From NCBI GenBank assembly GCA_963695855.1, contig CAVOHZ010000010.1, positions 1,536,001-1,600,000 on the forward strand: a stretch of DNA of 64,000 bases. The letters run 5' to 3'. Made by a program: the position numbers and the translations under genes. The notes under the pieces are model-generated. The model had not been told where the DNA came from and searched no databases. It worked only from the letters and a program-made list of their open reading frames with translations. Positions within the stretch are counted from its first letter, which is position 1. Every line of letters starts with the position of its first letter. Shown here in pieces: positions 41,254 to 51,168 of this stretch. The DNA is from an uncultured Nitrososphaerales archaeon (GTDB taxonomy: Archaea > Thermoproteota > Nitrososphaeria > Nitrososphaerales > Nitrososphaeraceae).

Positions 41254-43242
41254 TTATGACCCGGCTGGTGATGTTTTTTCATCTGAATTGCCAGTATTTG
41301 ATTCTTGATTGGTTCCTTGACCTGTACTATTTTCTTGAGTTGTATCACTTGTTGTTCCTCCGCCTGTAGGTCCTCCGCCTGTAGGTCCTCCGCCTGTAGG
41401 TCCTCCGCCTGTAGGTCCTCCGCCTGTAGGTCCTCCGCCTGTAGGTCCTCCGCCTGTAGGTCCTCCGCCTGTTGATGCTCCAATATTTTTATAAATTTCT
41501 GTACTTATTTCTGATAACAGAGTTTTTGTATTTTGAATTTTGTTCTTTATATCTTCAAGATTGTTACTAGATAAAGCATCTTTTAAATCGTGTATCGATT
41601 TGTTAATTTTTTCAGTCTGTTCTGGTTTAATTTTATCTTTGAAATCCTCATTAATTAGTTTTTCAGCTGAATAAACAATATTATCTGCCTCATTTCTAAG
41701 TTCGGCCTCTTCTTTCTTTTTCTTGTCAGCTTCCGTATATTGTTCTGATTCTTTCTTTAATCTATCTATTTCTTCTTTAGATAATTTGGTACTTGCGGTA
41801 ATTGTGATTTTTGCTTCTTTGGATGTTCCCAAATCTTTTGCAGTGACATTCAATATACCATTTGCATCGATATCAAAAGTTACCTCAATTTGAGGGACTC
41901 CTCTGGGTGCAGGAGGTATTCCGGCCAAATTGAATGTGCCTAAAGAGACACAATCTGCAGCCATAGGCCTTTCTCCTTGAACCACGTGAATAGTAACGGC
42001 AGATTGATAATCAGCTGCAGTTGTAAAAACTTTGCTTTTCTTCGTTGGTATAGTAGTATTTCTTTCAATTAATGTTTCTTTTATACCTCCAAGTACTTCA
42101 AGACCTAATGTCAGCGGGGTAACATCCACTAGAAGAATATCTGTTGAAACATCTCCAGAAATTATAGCACCTTGTATTGCAGCGCCCATAGCTACTGCCT
42201 CCATAGGATCTACCCCTCTTTCGGGTTCTTTGCCCATTACTGTTTGAACGAATTGTCTTACTATTGGCATCCTTGTTGGTCCTCCTATCATAATAATTTT
42301 GTCTATGTCACTTGGAACATGTTTTGCGTCCTGGATTGCTTGCATCATAGGACCTTTACACTTTTCTACTATTGGTCTTAAAAGTTCCTCAAGTTTAGAT
42401 CTAGTTAAATTGATAATAAGATTTTTTGGACCAGTAGATGGATCATAAGAGAGAAATGGTAAGTTAATTTCTGTAGAAACAAGATTTGATAACTCGATCT
42501 TCGCTTTTTCTGCAGCTTCTCTTATCCTCATCATAGCTGCTTTATCATTTCTAGTATCTAAACCAGATTGCTGTTTAAACTCTTTCAAAATATGTTCTAT
42601 AATGGCGTTATCCATATCAGTTCCTCCAAGTTGTGTATCGCCAGAAGTACTTTTGACCTGAAAAACTCCTCCCCCCATTTCCATTATTGTTACATCTAAT
42701 GTCCCTCCTCCAAAATCAAAGACCATAATCTTTAGATCTTTTTGAATCTTATCCAAACCGTATGCGAGTGAAGCAGCGGTAGGTTCGTTAATAATTCTGA
42801 CGACTTGCAAACCAGCTATTTCACCAGCATCTTTTGTGGCTTGTCTTTGATTATCATTAAAATATGCGGGAACAGTAATAACAACTTTGTCTACAACATC
42901 ACCCAAAAATCCCTCTGAATCTTTTTTAATTTTCTGTAAAATGAAAGATGATATTTGTTGCGGAGAATAATTTTTCGCACCTACGTTAAATCTAAAATCT
43001 GTACCCATCTTTCTTTTTGCAGCCATGACAGTTCCCTCTGGATTCGATACCATCTGTCTTCTAGCGGGCTCTCCAACTAATAGATCACCTGTATTAGTGA
43101 AAGCTACCACAGATGGAAATGCTTTTCCTCCTATTGAAGTTCCTTCTGCGGCCTGAATTATTGTTGGTTTTCCACCAATCATAGCAGCTGCTGCAGAATT
43201 ACTAGTTCCTAAATCTATACCAATAATTTTTCCCATGATCAA
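41254..43242 (-). CDS. dnaK: chaperone DnaK (Hsp70)
   Basis: [35 protein letters not shown]. Confidence 0.98.
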   Translation of the reverse strand: MIMGKIIGIDLGTSNSAAAAMIGGKPTIIQAAEGTSIGGKAFPSVVAFTNTGDLLVGEPARRQMVSNPEGTVMAAKRKMGTDFRFNVGAKNYSPQQISSFILQKIKKDSEGFLGDVVDKVVITVPAYFNDNQRQATKDAGEIAGLQVVRIINEPTAASLAYGLDKIQKDLKIMVFDFGGGTLDVTIMEMGGGVFQVKSTSGDTQLGGTDMDNAIIEHILKEFKQQSGLDTRNDKAAMMRIREAAEKAKIELSNLVSTEINLPFLSYDPSTGPKNLIINLTRSKLEELLRPIVEKCKGPMMQAIQDAKHVPSDIDKIIMIGGPTRMPIVRQFVQTVMGKEPERGVDPMEAVAMGAAIQGAIISGDVSTDILLVDVTPLTLGLEVLGGIKETLIERNTTIPTKKSKVFTTAADYQSAVTIHVVQGERPMAADCVSLGTFNLAGIPPAPRGVPQIEVTFDIDANGILNVTAKDLGTSKEAKITITASTKLSKEEIDRLKKESEQYTEADKKKKEEAELRNEADNIVYSAEKLINEDFKDKIKPEQTEKINKSIHDLKDALSSNNLEDIKNKIQNTKTLLSEISTEIYKNIGASTGGGPTGGGPTGGGPTGGGPTGGGPTGGGPTGGGPTGGGTTSDTTQENSTGQGTNQESNTGNSDEKTSPAGS
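41356..41472 (-). repeat. perfect 15-bp tandem repeat, 7.8 copies, encoding PTGGG in the DnaK tail
   Basis: (TCCTCCGCCTGTAGG)x7 plus a 12-nt partial unit on the + strand. Confidence 0.97.
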
Positions 43243-43253
43243 TATTCACCTTA

Positions 43254-44132
43254 TTAATTTGAGTTACCTACTTCTTGTTGATTATATTTTTTTTTCGATA
43301 TTATTACTAGACTTGCTCTTAAGACTTTGTCATTCATCATATAACCAGTACGAATTTCGCCAGTTATTATATTTTCAGCTTTATTATCAGTATATGAAAA
43401 ACTCACTATATGATGTTTATTTGGATCGAATATTGTACCAATGGTTTCAATTTTTCTTACGCCTTCTGATAACAAGGCGCTATAAAAATTCTTAATAATT
43501 CCATCCAAGCCATCTATCAAAACTGGATCAATACCTTGATTCTTTTTTATTACATCTAATGCCCTTTCATAATCATCTAGAATATTCAAAAATTTAGCCA
43601 AAATATTTGCTTTGCTTGTCTCTATAGTCGAATTCATCTGTTTTTCGATTTGTTTTCTGTAATTATCGAAATCTGCCATCAAATATTTTAATTTATTAAG
43701 AGTAATTTCTGACTCTTCTTTTGTTTTCTGTAACTCAATTTGGGTTTTGTTTAGTTCTTTGTTTAAAGATTCATAATCATAGGCTTCCACTTGCGGTTCT
43801 TGGGGTTCTTGGGGTTCTTGGGGTTCTTGCGGTTCTTGGGGTTCTTGCGGTTCTTGGGGTTCTTGGGGTTCTTGGGGTTCTTGCGGTTCTTGGGGTTCTT
43901 GGGGTTCTTGGGGTTCTTGGGGTTCTTGGGGTTCTTGGGGTTCTTGGGGTTCTTGGGGTTCTTGGGGTTCTTGGGGTTCTTGGGGTTCTTGGGGTTCTTG
44001 GGGTTCTTGGGGTTCTTGGGGTTCTTGGGGTTCTTGGGGTTCTTGGGGTTCTTGGGGTTCTTGGGGTTCTTGGGGTTCTTGGGGTTCTTGGGGTTCTTGG
44101 GGTTCTATTATATTTTGATTATTATAGAGCAT
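43254..44132 (-). CDS. grpE: nucleotide exchange factor GrpE with N-terminal (EPQ)35
   Basis: [24 protein letters not shown]; first gene of the dnaK cluster. Confidence 0.95.
   Translation of the reverse strand: MLYNNQNIIEPQEPQEPQEPQEPQEPQEPQEPQEPQEPQEPQEPQEPQEPQEPQEPQEPQEPQEPQEPQEPQEPQEPQEPQEPQEPQEPQEPQEPQEPQEPQEPQEPQEPQEPQVEAYDYESLNKELNKTQIELQKTKEESEITLNKLKYLMADFDNYRKQIEKQMNSTIETSKANILAKFLNILDDYERALDVIKKNQGIDPVLIDGLDGIIKNFYSALLSEGVRKIETIGTIFDPNKHHIVSFSYTDNKAENIITGEIRTGYMMNDKVLRASLVIISKKKYNQQEVGNSN
43791..44105 (-). repeat. 9-bp tandem repeat, 35 copies, encoding Glu-Pro-Gln
   Basis: 315 nt: 31 x GAACCCCAA plus 4 synonymous GAACCGCAA units (at 43791, 43827, 43845, 43881). Confidence 0.97.
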
Positions 44133-44247
44133 AATCTCATATTAAGAAAGCAAGCAAAATAATTAGATATCGTTATAAATCTAGATATAACTTACTCGCA
44201 AGATAAAACATAAGACAAATTAAGTCTAAATTAGCAAATAAAATAAT

Positions 44248-44667
44248 ATGGTTTCTTCAGATGATGAGATTGCGGCTATAATGAGGAAAAAAATGAATGA
44301 GTTACAAAAGAGGGCAACAATTATTACAAAATTAAAAAAAATTACTGAACCAATACCTTTAAATGATACAAATTTTGATAATGAAAAAAACAAATATCCG
44401 TTGATGTTAGTAGATTTTTGGGCATCTTGGTGTGGACCGTGCAAGATAATCTCACCCATAATCGAACAATTAGCAAAAGAATACTCAGGTAAAATTGTAT
44501 TTGCAAAAATCAATGTAGATGAAAATCCCCAGATATCTAATAGATTTGGGATTCAAAGTATTCCCACTATGATAATCTTCAAGTGCGGAGAAGTTGTCGA
44601 TAGAATTATTGGTGCATTACCCAAAGTACAAATTGAGAACAAATTGAAAATATATTTAGAAGGATAA
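44248..44667 (+). CDS. thioredoxin with N-terminal helical extension
   Basis: DFWASWCGPC, IQSIPT. Confidence 0.92.
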   Translation: MVSSDDEIAAIMRKKMNELQKRATIITKLKKITEPIPLNDTNFDNEKNKYPLMLVDFWASWCGPCKIISPIIEQLAKEYSGKIVFAKINVDENPQISNRFGIQSIPTMIIFKCGEVVDRIIGALPKVQIENKLKIYLEG

Positions 44668-44801
44668 TTGTGATTTTTATTATAAATATATAATTTTTTT
44701 CAAAATCCTCTCAAATATAATTGCATTTTTAATATTGGAAATGAAATTTAATAAATTAACATTCTGTATTCTATCTTGATTATAAACGGATTTGAAAATA
44801 A

Positions 44802-45233
44802 TTATGCATAATTACCCTTTATTGAAGATTTGGCTCCGCACGCTTCGCATAACAAAAACCCTAATTTCTTGTTTTTTTCCGTTCTGGTGTCATGACTACC
44901 GCAAACTGGACAGATAACATAATCTTTTACATATCTATCTATTAAAGCACCAAATGAAGAGCGTTCTTTACGACCAAGAAAGATTACTCTATCGCCAATA
45001 ATATATCCAGCAGATGCAAGCTCTTTATTTAGATAAAGTAATATTTTTTCTGGCTCCCGTCGTAATGCTTTTGGAAATTCCATAAAATTTCTAAAAATTG
45101 TTCTTTGGCCAACCCAAATTATCTGTGGTTGCGGTAATTCTAATCTCGAGATTTCTTTTTTTGAAGTTGTACCTAGTTTATTGTAAAGTCTATCTAGTAA
45201 TAATTCGTAATTTGCTTTAGTTTGGATCCCCAC
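44802..45233 (-). CDS. eif2b: translation initiation factor aIF2 subunit beta
   Basis: YELLLDR, TIFRNF, CPVC...CEACGA zinc ribbon. Confidence 0.93.
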   Translation of the reverse strand: MGIQTKANYELLLDRLYNKLGTTSKKEISRLELPQPQIIWVGQRTIFRNFMEFPKALRREPEKILLYLNKELASAGYIIGDRVIFLGRKERSSFGALIDRYVKDYVICPVCGSHDTRTEKNKKLGFLLCEACGAKSSIKGNYA

Positions 45234-45503
45234 ATATTATTAGAGATTTCTTCTGTTTAATGTACGTTATGATATTATAACCATGCAAAATTAAATCATG
45301 ATCAAAAATAATTTGAATAAAATGGTCCTTTCAAAATAATAACTCTTCTACAAAGATCAGACAACATCTATCAAATTTTAATACACTGACAAAATAAAAT
45401 ATCATCCGATCAGAGAATGATAAATTTTTAAATTTAAATTTTAATGCGGATCATATTATATAAACAATGAAATAAATTTAAATTTAAATTTTGTCTATAA
45501 TTT

Positions 45504-46109
45504 TTATAAATCGATCTTTTGCAGCCATTCAAAAAAAGGTTCAAATATATTTGCATATGGTAACTTTTGATGATCTGAGACATTATATCCAACCATCAAC
45601 ATTCTTCCTTCAAGTTTATCCACTAAATTAGATGGTATTACTGATTTTTCTAATGGATGATTGATTAAATGGAAAAAGTAGTCTTGTTTATAATAAACAA
45701 TATGCTGTTCAAAACAGCTTGACAGGATAGTAGGATCTCTTAAAATACGGATATCCATTTTTTGATAATTAAATTCTTTATTTTCGATTGATATCTGCAA
45801 TATTCTCTTTATATATTCTTCCCTAATAAAATCAGAATTAATTTTTGTTTGTTGGAAACTTCTAAAAATTTTAATATTTCTTAATGTTTGTTCCATTGTT
45901 TTTTTTGCAATACTATGAACTGATGATATGTCCAATGGTTCCCTAATTTTTTGATTTTTGCCGAACAAATAGTATGTTCCTATTATTTCGTCTTTTTCTA
46001 TAAATGGAAATTCCCGCTTTTTATTTATAAAATCGAAGAGTCTTGTATTTAAATCACTAGGCAAAAAAATTCCCATATATGAATCAGTAACTACAACCAA
46101 CACTAACAC
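45504..46109 (-). CDS. hypothetical protein
   Basis: About 200-aa ORF, start uncertain; family not recognised. Confidence 0.7.
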   Translation of the reverse strand: MLVLVVVTDSYMGIFLPSDLNTRLFDFINKKREFPFIEKDEIIGTYYLFGKNQKIREPLDISSVHSIAKKTMEQTLRNIKIFRSFQQTKINSDFIREEYIKRILQISIENKEFNYQKMDIRILRDPTILSSCFEQHIVYYKQDYFFHLINHPLEKSVIPSNLVDKLEGRMLMVGYNVSDHQKLPYANIFEPFFEWLQKIDL

Positions 46110-46276
46110 CTGAAAGTGATATACTTCTAAAAGAAGAACATATGTCTATTTAATTATTACGAGTTAATAATACTCAGACAATAGGTCACATTTGTTAAAA
46201 ATAAATTGTTCTGTTTATATAACGATAGTTTTAATCTATTCTAATTTATTATCTATGTCAAAATAAAAAAAAGAAT

Positions 46277-46813
46277 TTAGTGAGCGTGTGGTGGTGGAGC
46301 GCTTCCTTTTGAAAGTGATTCGTTGAAGGTTCCAGATGCCTTTTCATGGAATTCTAGAGAGGATTGATCTACTTTAATTGCTTGAGGAGGACATACTGAA
46401 ACACATGCCATACACCATATACAATCATGTTCTCTAATTGGATCTGCTTTATCAGTGTAATCCTTTCTCTCTTCTTTAACAGAAGAACCTGTTCCTTCCC
46501 AGGTTTGTTCATGAGCATCTTTTGCAGGAACATCATGCTCAGTTCTATACCATTGAAATACTTGAACCGGACAGGCCTCGATGCATGCACCATCTGCAAC
46601 ACATGAATCCCAATCAACGGCTACCATTGTACCACTTACACCCAATGGAACTTGTTCCTCTCCATGTGCAGTATACGCTGTCTTTACTTCTTCATTTTCT
46701 GCTGCTTCTGCCTGTTTACCTGGTCCCCATCTGAAGTGGAATTGTTCACCATCACCTAATTTGATCTTACCAATTACTTGGTAATTGTTTGGAAATTCTG
46801 GATCTATTGGCAT
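46277..46813 (-). CDS. dicluster (7Fe) ferredoxin, Zfx-like
   Basis: CVADGACIEACP and CIWCMACVSVCP; IDP start and KADP motif as in Sulfolobus Zfx. Confidence 0.9.
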   Translation of the reverse strand: MPIDPEFPNNYQVIGKIKLGDGEQFHFRWGPGKQAEAAENEEVKTAYTAHGEEQVPLGVSGTMVAVDWDSCVADGACIEACPVQVFQWYRTEHDVPAKDAHEQTWEGTGSSVKEERKDYTDKADPIREHDCIWCMACVSVCPPQAIKVDQSSLEFHEKASGTFNESLSKGSAPPPHAH

Positions 46814-46986
46814 TTATATCTGAATTTATCCATGATAGTATATTATATAAATCATATGTGAAAAAAATTTTGATATGAGTTAAAGAACCTAGAAATATAA
46901 ATAGTTCAAAATGAATCGAGAATAATTTTAGATTAAAAAATTAAATTATTGCAATATTATTTTTATAATGAAATAAAAAAAGAGGA

Positions 46987-48231
46987 TTAGTCGTTGAACG
47001 ACTTCTCTGCATGTTGTGTTATATCTAGGCCTGCTTCTTCTTCATCATCTGATACTCTTAGTGGGGTTATCTTATCTATTATCTTGAATATTGCAAACGT
47101 TACTCCGAATGCAAATGCTCCTACCACGAGGATACCAAATGCTTGTATACCCAGTTGAGCTGGATTTCCATATAGCCAGCCTATAGGTCCACCAGGATAT
47201 ATAGCTTGGGTACCAGCTATACCGATTGCTAGTGCTCCGAGTATACCTGTTACACCGTGAACTGAACTTACATCCAATGCATCATCTATCTTTAGTCTCT
47301 CTTTGAATAATACTATACCATAGTAAGATCCAAGACCAAGAACTATTCCTAGTACAAATGCTGCTTCTCCTGTTATGTATCCTGCCGCTGGAGTAATTCC
47401 AGCAAGTCCCGAGATTGCACCGTTGATAACAGCAGCTACAGATGGTTTTCCGGACCGCTTCCATGACAAGAACAGCCAAACTATCGTACACGTTGAAGCA
47501 CCAATTTGAGAGTTTAGAAGAGCTTGAGCTGCCACACCATTTGCCGCTAATGCGCTACCTCCATTAAATCCGAACCAACCAAGCCATAGCATTGTTGCTC
47601 CTATTACAGCTAAAGGCAGATTATGTGGTATCATTATTTGTGGACCAAAGTTCTTCCTTCTTCCAAGTACAAGTCCCGCCGCAAGACAAGCCATACCTGC
47701 AGTAGTATGTATAACTATACCCCCTGCAAAGTCCCATACTCCTAGTTGGAAAAGCCATCCTCCTCCCCAGATCCAGTGCGCCACTGGGAAGTAGACAAAC
47801 AAACTCCAAGCCACTGTAAAGATGAAAAATGCACTGTATCTCATTCTCTCTGCATATCCACCGGATATTAAAAGCGGAGTAATTACCGCGAACATCATCT
47901 GATAGGTAGCAAAGGTTACTCCTGGAATTGTTGGAGCAGCGCCAAATGCTTCATGAGTCCCGACGCCATGATAGAAGACATGATCTATACCTCCTATTAT
48001 GCCTCCTTGATCGGGTCCAAAGGTTAGCGTGAATCCAACGATAAACCAGAGAGTTGAGACAATTGCTAATCCAGAAAATGTGTGCATAATTGCCGAAAGA
48101 CCGTTTTTGAATCTTATTAAACCAGCTTCAAAGAATCCGAGCCCCGGTGTCATCATCATTACAAGACCTGTTGCAACAATCATCCATGCAGTATCACCAG
48201 TATCTAATGCCATTCCTGTTGCATAATCCAC
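46987..48231 (-). CDS. amt: ammonium transporter
   Basis: QMMFAVIT, DFAGGIVIH, GWFGFNGGS, DDALDVSSVHG (twin His). Confidence 0.97.
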   Translation of the reverse strand: MDYATGMALDTGDTAWMIVATGLVMMMTPGLGFFEAGLIRFKNGLSAIMHTFSGLAIVSTLWFIVGFTLTFGPDQGGIIGGIDHVFYHGVGTHEAFGAAPTIPGVTFATYQMMFAVITPLLISGGYAERMRYSAFFIFTVAWSLFVYFPVAHWIWGGGWLFQLGVWDFAGGIVIHTTAGMACLAAGLVLGRRKNFGPQIMIPHNLPLAVIGATMLWLGWFGFNGGSALAANGVAAQALLNSQIGASTCTIVWLFLSWKRSGKPSVAAVINGAISGLAGITPAAGYITGEAAFVLGIVLGLGSYYGIVLFKERLKIDDALDVSSVHGVTGILGALAIGIAGTQAIYPGGPIGWLYGNPAQLGIQAFGILVVGAFAFGVTFAIFKIIDKITPLRVSDDEEEAGLDITQHAEKSFND

Positions 48232-48318
48232 ATAGTATTATAAAAAAGTTTGTTCTTTCAAAATAAAGAATAATTTTTGGTTCTATATCAATTAGTAATT
48301 ATAAATTATTAAAAAAAA

Positions 48319-49452
48319 TTAAATAAAAATTGATAATTCTTCCTTTAATATATTTACCATATTTTCAACATCAGTTTCTGTAACATATGGATGTACAGGA
48401 AATGATAATACTGTTTTACTGGCTGATTCAGTATTGGGCAGAGTTCCTTGAAAACTAAATTGTTTATAATATGGAGTAAGATGAACTGAAGGATCGTAGT
48501 ATACTGAAACGCCTATTCCACGTTCAATCATCTTTTTCTTTATATGTTCCCTTAATTCAGAACTGTTTTTTCTGATGAAACCCAATGTATAAAGATACCA
48601 ATTAAATTTTTTGATATCATTTTCTTTAGGAATATTTAATACTTGAAAATTTGAAATTGATTTTTCAATGAAATTGGACAATAATTGAGAATTTCTTCTT
48701 CGAATTTCTAATATTTGGTTTATTTTCCTCATTTGTATCTTTGCAAGAGCAGCACTTAGTTCGGGAAGTCGATAGTTAAATCCAGGAATATGTGTATCAT
48801 ATCCTTCAACCATTCCATGATTTCTTATCATCTTTAATGTGTCTGCAATTTTATCATCGTTTGTTACAATTGCTCCTCCTTCTCCGGCTGTCAAGACCTT
48901 ACTAGCATAAAAACTGAAACATCCTAACTTACCAAAGGTTCCAGTTTGTTTATTTTTATAAGTAGAACCTAAAGATTGACAAGCATCTTCTATAATATCG
49001 AAAGAATTTTGTTTTGAAATTTCTGCCAGTTCATCTAAATCAGCTGGATGACCATATAAATGAACAGGAATCATGGCCTTTGTCTTCTTAGTAATTTTTT
49101 TCTTTAAGTCTGGAATATCAATTGTATAATCTTTTTTATTAATATCCACAAAAACTGGTTTTGCGCCTGCTGCAATAACAGAATTTGCGGTAGCTACAAA
49201 TGTAAATGATGGAAGTAACACTTCATCTCCAGAGTTAATACCTATAGCAAGTAAAGAGGCATGTAAAGCAGCTGTACCAGAATTTACAGAAATTACGTGC
49301 TTTACGTTCAAAAAACCTCGCAGAGATAATTCAAATTCTTGTACTCTCTTGCCACCTTCTCTAGATGCACTTGTAAGAATATTTTCATCAAGAACTCGCA
49401 TAACTTCTTGTTTCTCTTCATTATCAATCCACGGTTTATTAATTGGAATCAT
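48319..49452 (-). CDS. DegT/DnrJ/EryC1/StrS aminotransferase
   Basis: NSGTAALH, PVHLYG, EDACQ, SFYASK, GEGG. Confidence 0.92.
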   Translation of the reverse strand: MIPINKPWIDNEEKQEVMRVLDENILTSASREGGKRVQEFELSLRGFLNVKHVISVNSGTAALHASLLAIGINSGDEVLLPSFTFVATANSVIAAGAKPVFVDINKKDYTIDIPDLKKKITKKTKAMIPVHLYGHPADLDELAEISKQNSFDIIEDACQSLGSTYKNKQTGTFGKLGCFSFYASKVLTAGEGGAIVTNDDKIADTLKMIRNHGMVEGYDTHIPGFNYRLPELSAALAKIQMRKINQILEIRRRNSQLLSNFIEKSISNFQVLNIPKENDIKKFNWYLYTLGFIRKNSSELREHIKKKMIERGIGVSVYYDPSVHLTPYYKQFSFQGTLPNTESASKTVLSFPVHPYVTETDVENMVNILKEELSIFI

Positions 49453-49830
49453 TTTATATTTTAGCTGATTATTTAAAGTAATTAAGTTTTTGTAATGAAC
49501 ATCAATATATGTTTATTTACTTTGTTTCGAGTTGATATACACATTAGTAGATGTTAGTCGATGACCATAAATTAAAATTATAAATGATAGGCCAAAATTT
49601 GATAATCCTATGAATTACTATCTTATAGTTTTTAATTTAGAGACAACAATATACATTTATTTTGATTTTCAACATTTAAATTGAAAATGAAACAGTAGCT
49701 ATCAATAGTATTATTCTACTTTTTTAATATTCACAGTTTTTGAATATATTTGAAAAAAGATAAATATCAATCGACTTTGATAAAGTATATTATTAAAATA
49801 TAATAATAAGTAATTTAGCTTATTTGTTGT

Positions 49831-49954
49831 GCAGATGTGGCAGAGTGGTCTTCCATTAGGAACACAATAATGCGTCGGCCTTGAGTAATCTTCAAGGTTA
49901 AGAGCAAGCCGATTCGCCTTCGGGCGAGCAGGAGTTCAAATCTCCTCATCTGCG
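49831..49954 (+). tRNA. tRNA-Ser(TGA) with two introns (D-loop about 49850-49868; 37/38 about 49886-49906)
   Basis: Acceptor GCAGATG/CATCTGC plus G73, anticodon stem TCGGC/GCCGA, long variable arm TCGCC-TTC-GGGCGA, T arm AGGAG-TTCAAAT-CTCCT. Confidence 0.85.
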
Positions 49955-49997
49955 CTTTTTTTTAAAAAATGATTTGTGGATAGACGAATTATGATTT

Positions 49998-51161
49998 TTG
50001 AAAATGAAATTTATTATGCTTCAGATAACTTCTATATTAATCAGTATAAAAATGGATAAGAGATTATTTATTATAGCGATATTTGTGGCAATGGTTGGTA
50101 TTATAACAATTCTTATGACTCCATCTGACACTACTATTCCTCTGCCAGAACCAGAATCATTACTAAATAAAACTGGCTCCAATAAGGGAATAGAGATCAT
50201 TGCAGATAATCTAGACTCTCCTTGGGCCATTGATATATCTAAAGATAATAGGATTTTTTTTACCGAAAGAGATGGAAAAATAAGAACTATAGATACTAAT
50301 GGAAATATTCTTGACGAGCCAGTTGCATTCATAAGAGTAGAACAAAAGGGAGGTTCGGGGTTATTAGGAATTGTATTGCATCCTAATTTTACTGAGAATC
50401 ATCTAATGTATATTTATCATACTTATACCAATGGAAACGAGTTCTTTAACAAAGTGCTTCTTTTAAAAGAAAAAGATAATAAAATTATAGATTCAAAAAT
50501 AATAATTGATTCTATACCAGGATCTTTATATAATAACGGAGGAAGAATAAAGATTGGACCAGATAATAAATTATATATCCCAACAGGAGATGCTTCGAAG
50601 TCATACCTTGCACAAAATCTTTCTTCACTTGCCGGCAAGATATTACGTGTTAATTTAGACGGAACAATTCCAGAAGATAATCCATTCAGGAATTCGCCTG
50701 TATATTCAATGGGACATAGAAACATTCAAGGAATTGCATGGCATCCAGAAAACAAAAGTATGTATGTATCTGAACATGGTCCATCTGGTTTTGATGAAAT
50801 AAATTTAATAATAGCAGGAAAAAATTACGGATGGCCTAACGTGAAATGTGAAGGAACAAAGGATTTTGAAAAGGCTATTTTCTGCTTTAATCCGGCTATA
50901 GCACCTAGTGGAATAACTTTTGCATCATCCGATAAATTAGGATATAAAAATGATCTTATTATCACTACCTTAAAAGGATCTCATTTAAGACAAATAGACA
51001 TCGAATCACATGAACAGAATAACGTATTGGTAGGTTATGGAAGGCTAAGAGACGTAGTTGAGGGAAATGATGGTTCTTTATACATTTTAACAAGTAACAC
51101 GGATGGAAGAGGCATTCCTCAAGACAACGACGATAAGATTTTAAAAATACTCAAACCTTAG
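49998..51161 (+). CDS. PQQ-dependent glucose/sorbosone dehydrogenase family, N-terminal membrane anchor
   Basis: GLLGIVLHP, GGRIKIGPD, GHRNIQG, GKNYGWP, GRLRDV; real start probably the ATG of MDKR. Confidence 0.9.
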   Translation: MKMKFIMLQITSILISIKMDKRLFIIAIFVAMVGIITILMTPSDTTIPLPEPESLLNKTGSNKGIEIIADNLDSPWAIDISKDNRIFFTERDGKIRTIDTNGNILDEPVAFIRVEQKGGSGLLGIVLHPNFTENHLMYIYHTYTNGNEFFNKVLLLKEKDNKIIDSKIIIDSIPGSLYNNGGRIKIGPDNKLYIPTGDASKSYLAQNLSSLAGKILRVNLDGTIPEDNPFRNSPVYSMGHRNIQGIAWHPENKSMYVSEHGPSGFDEINLIIAGKNYGWPNVKCEGTKDFEKAIFCFNPAIAPSGITFASSDKLGYKNDLIITTLKGSHLRQIDIESHEQNNVLVGYGRLRDVVEGNDGSLYILTSNTDGRGIPQDNDDKILKILKP

Positions 51162-51168
51162 TTAATTT

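Noticed and set aside
41190-41483. ORF with QAEDL repeats
   Set aside because: Alternative frame of the dnaK 15-bp repeat
41356-44105. Repeat arrays as possible CRISPR
   Set aside because: Head-to-tail units without spacers, in frame in genes; no cas genes in the window
43721-44162. Plus-strand ORFs (VLG)n and (GFL)n
   Set aside because: Stop-free shadows of the 9-bp grpE repeat
44172-44191. GTTATA-N8-TATAAC palindrome upstream of grpE as a heat-shock operator
   Set aside because: Short and AT-rich; no matching motif found upstream of either hsp20 gene
45416-45492. Duplicated AATGA...TAAATTTAAATTTT motif
   Set aside because: Low-complexity AT sequence, expected by chance
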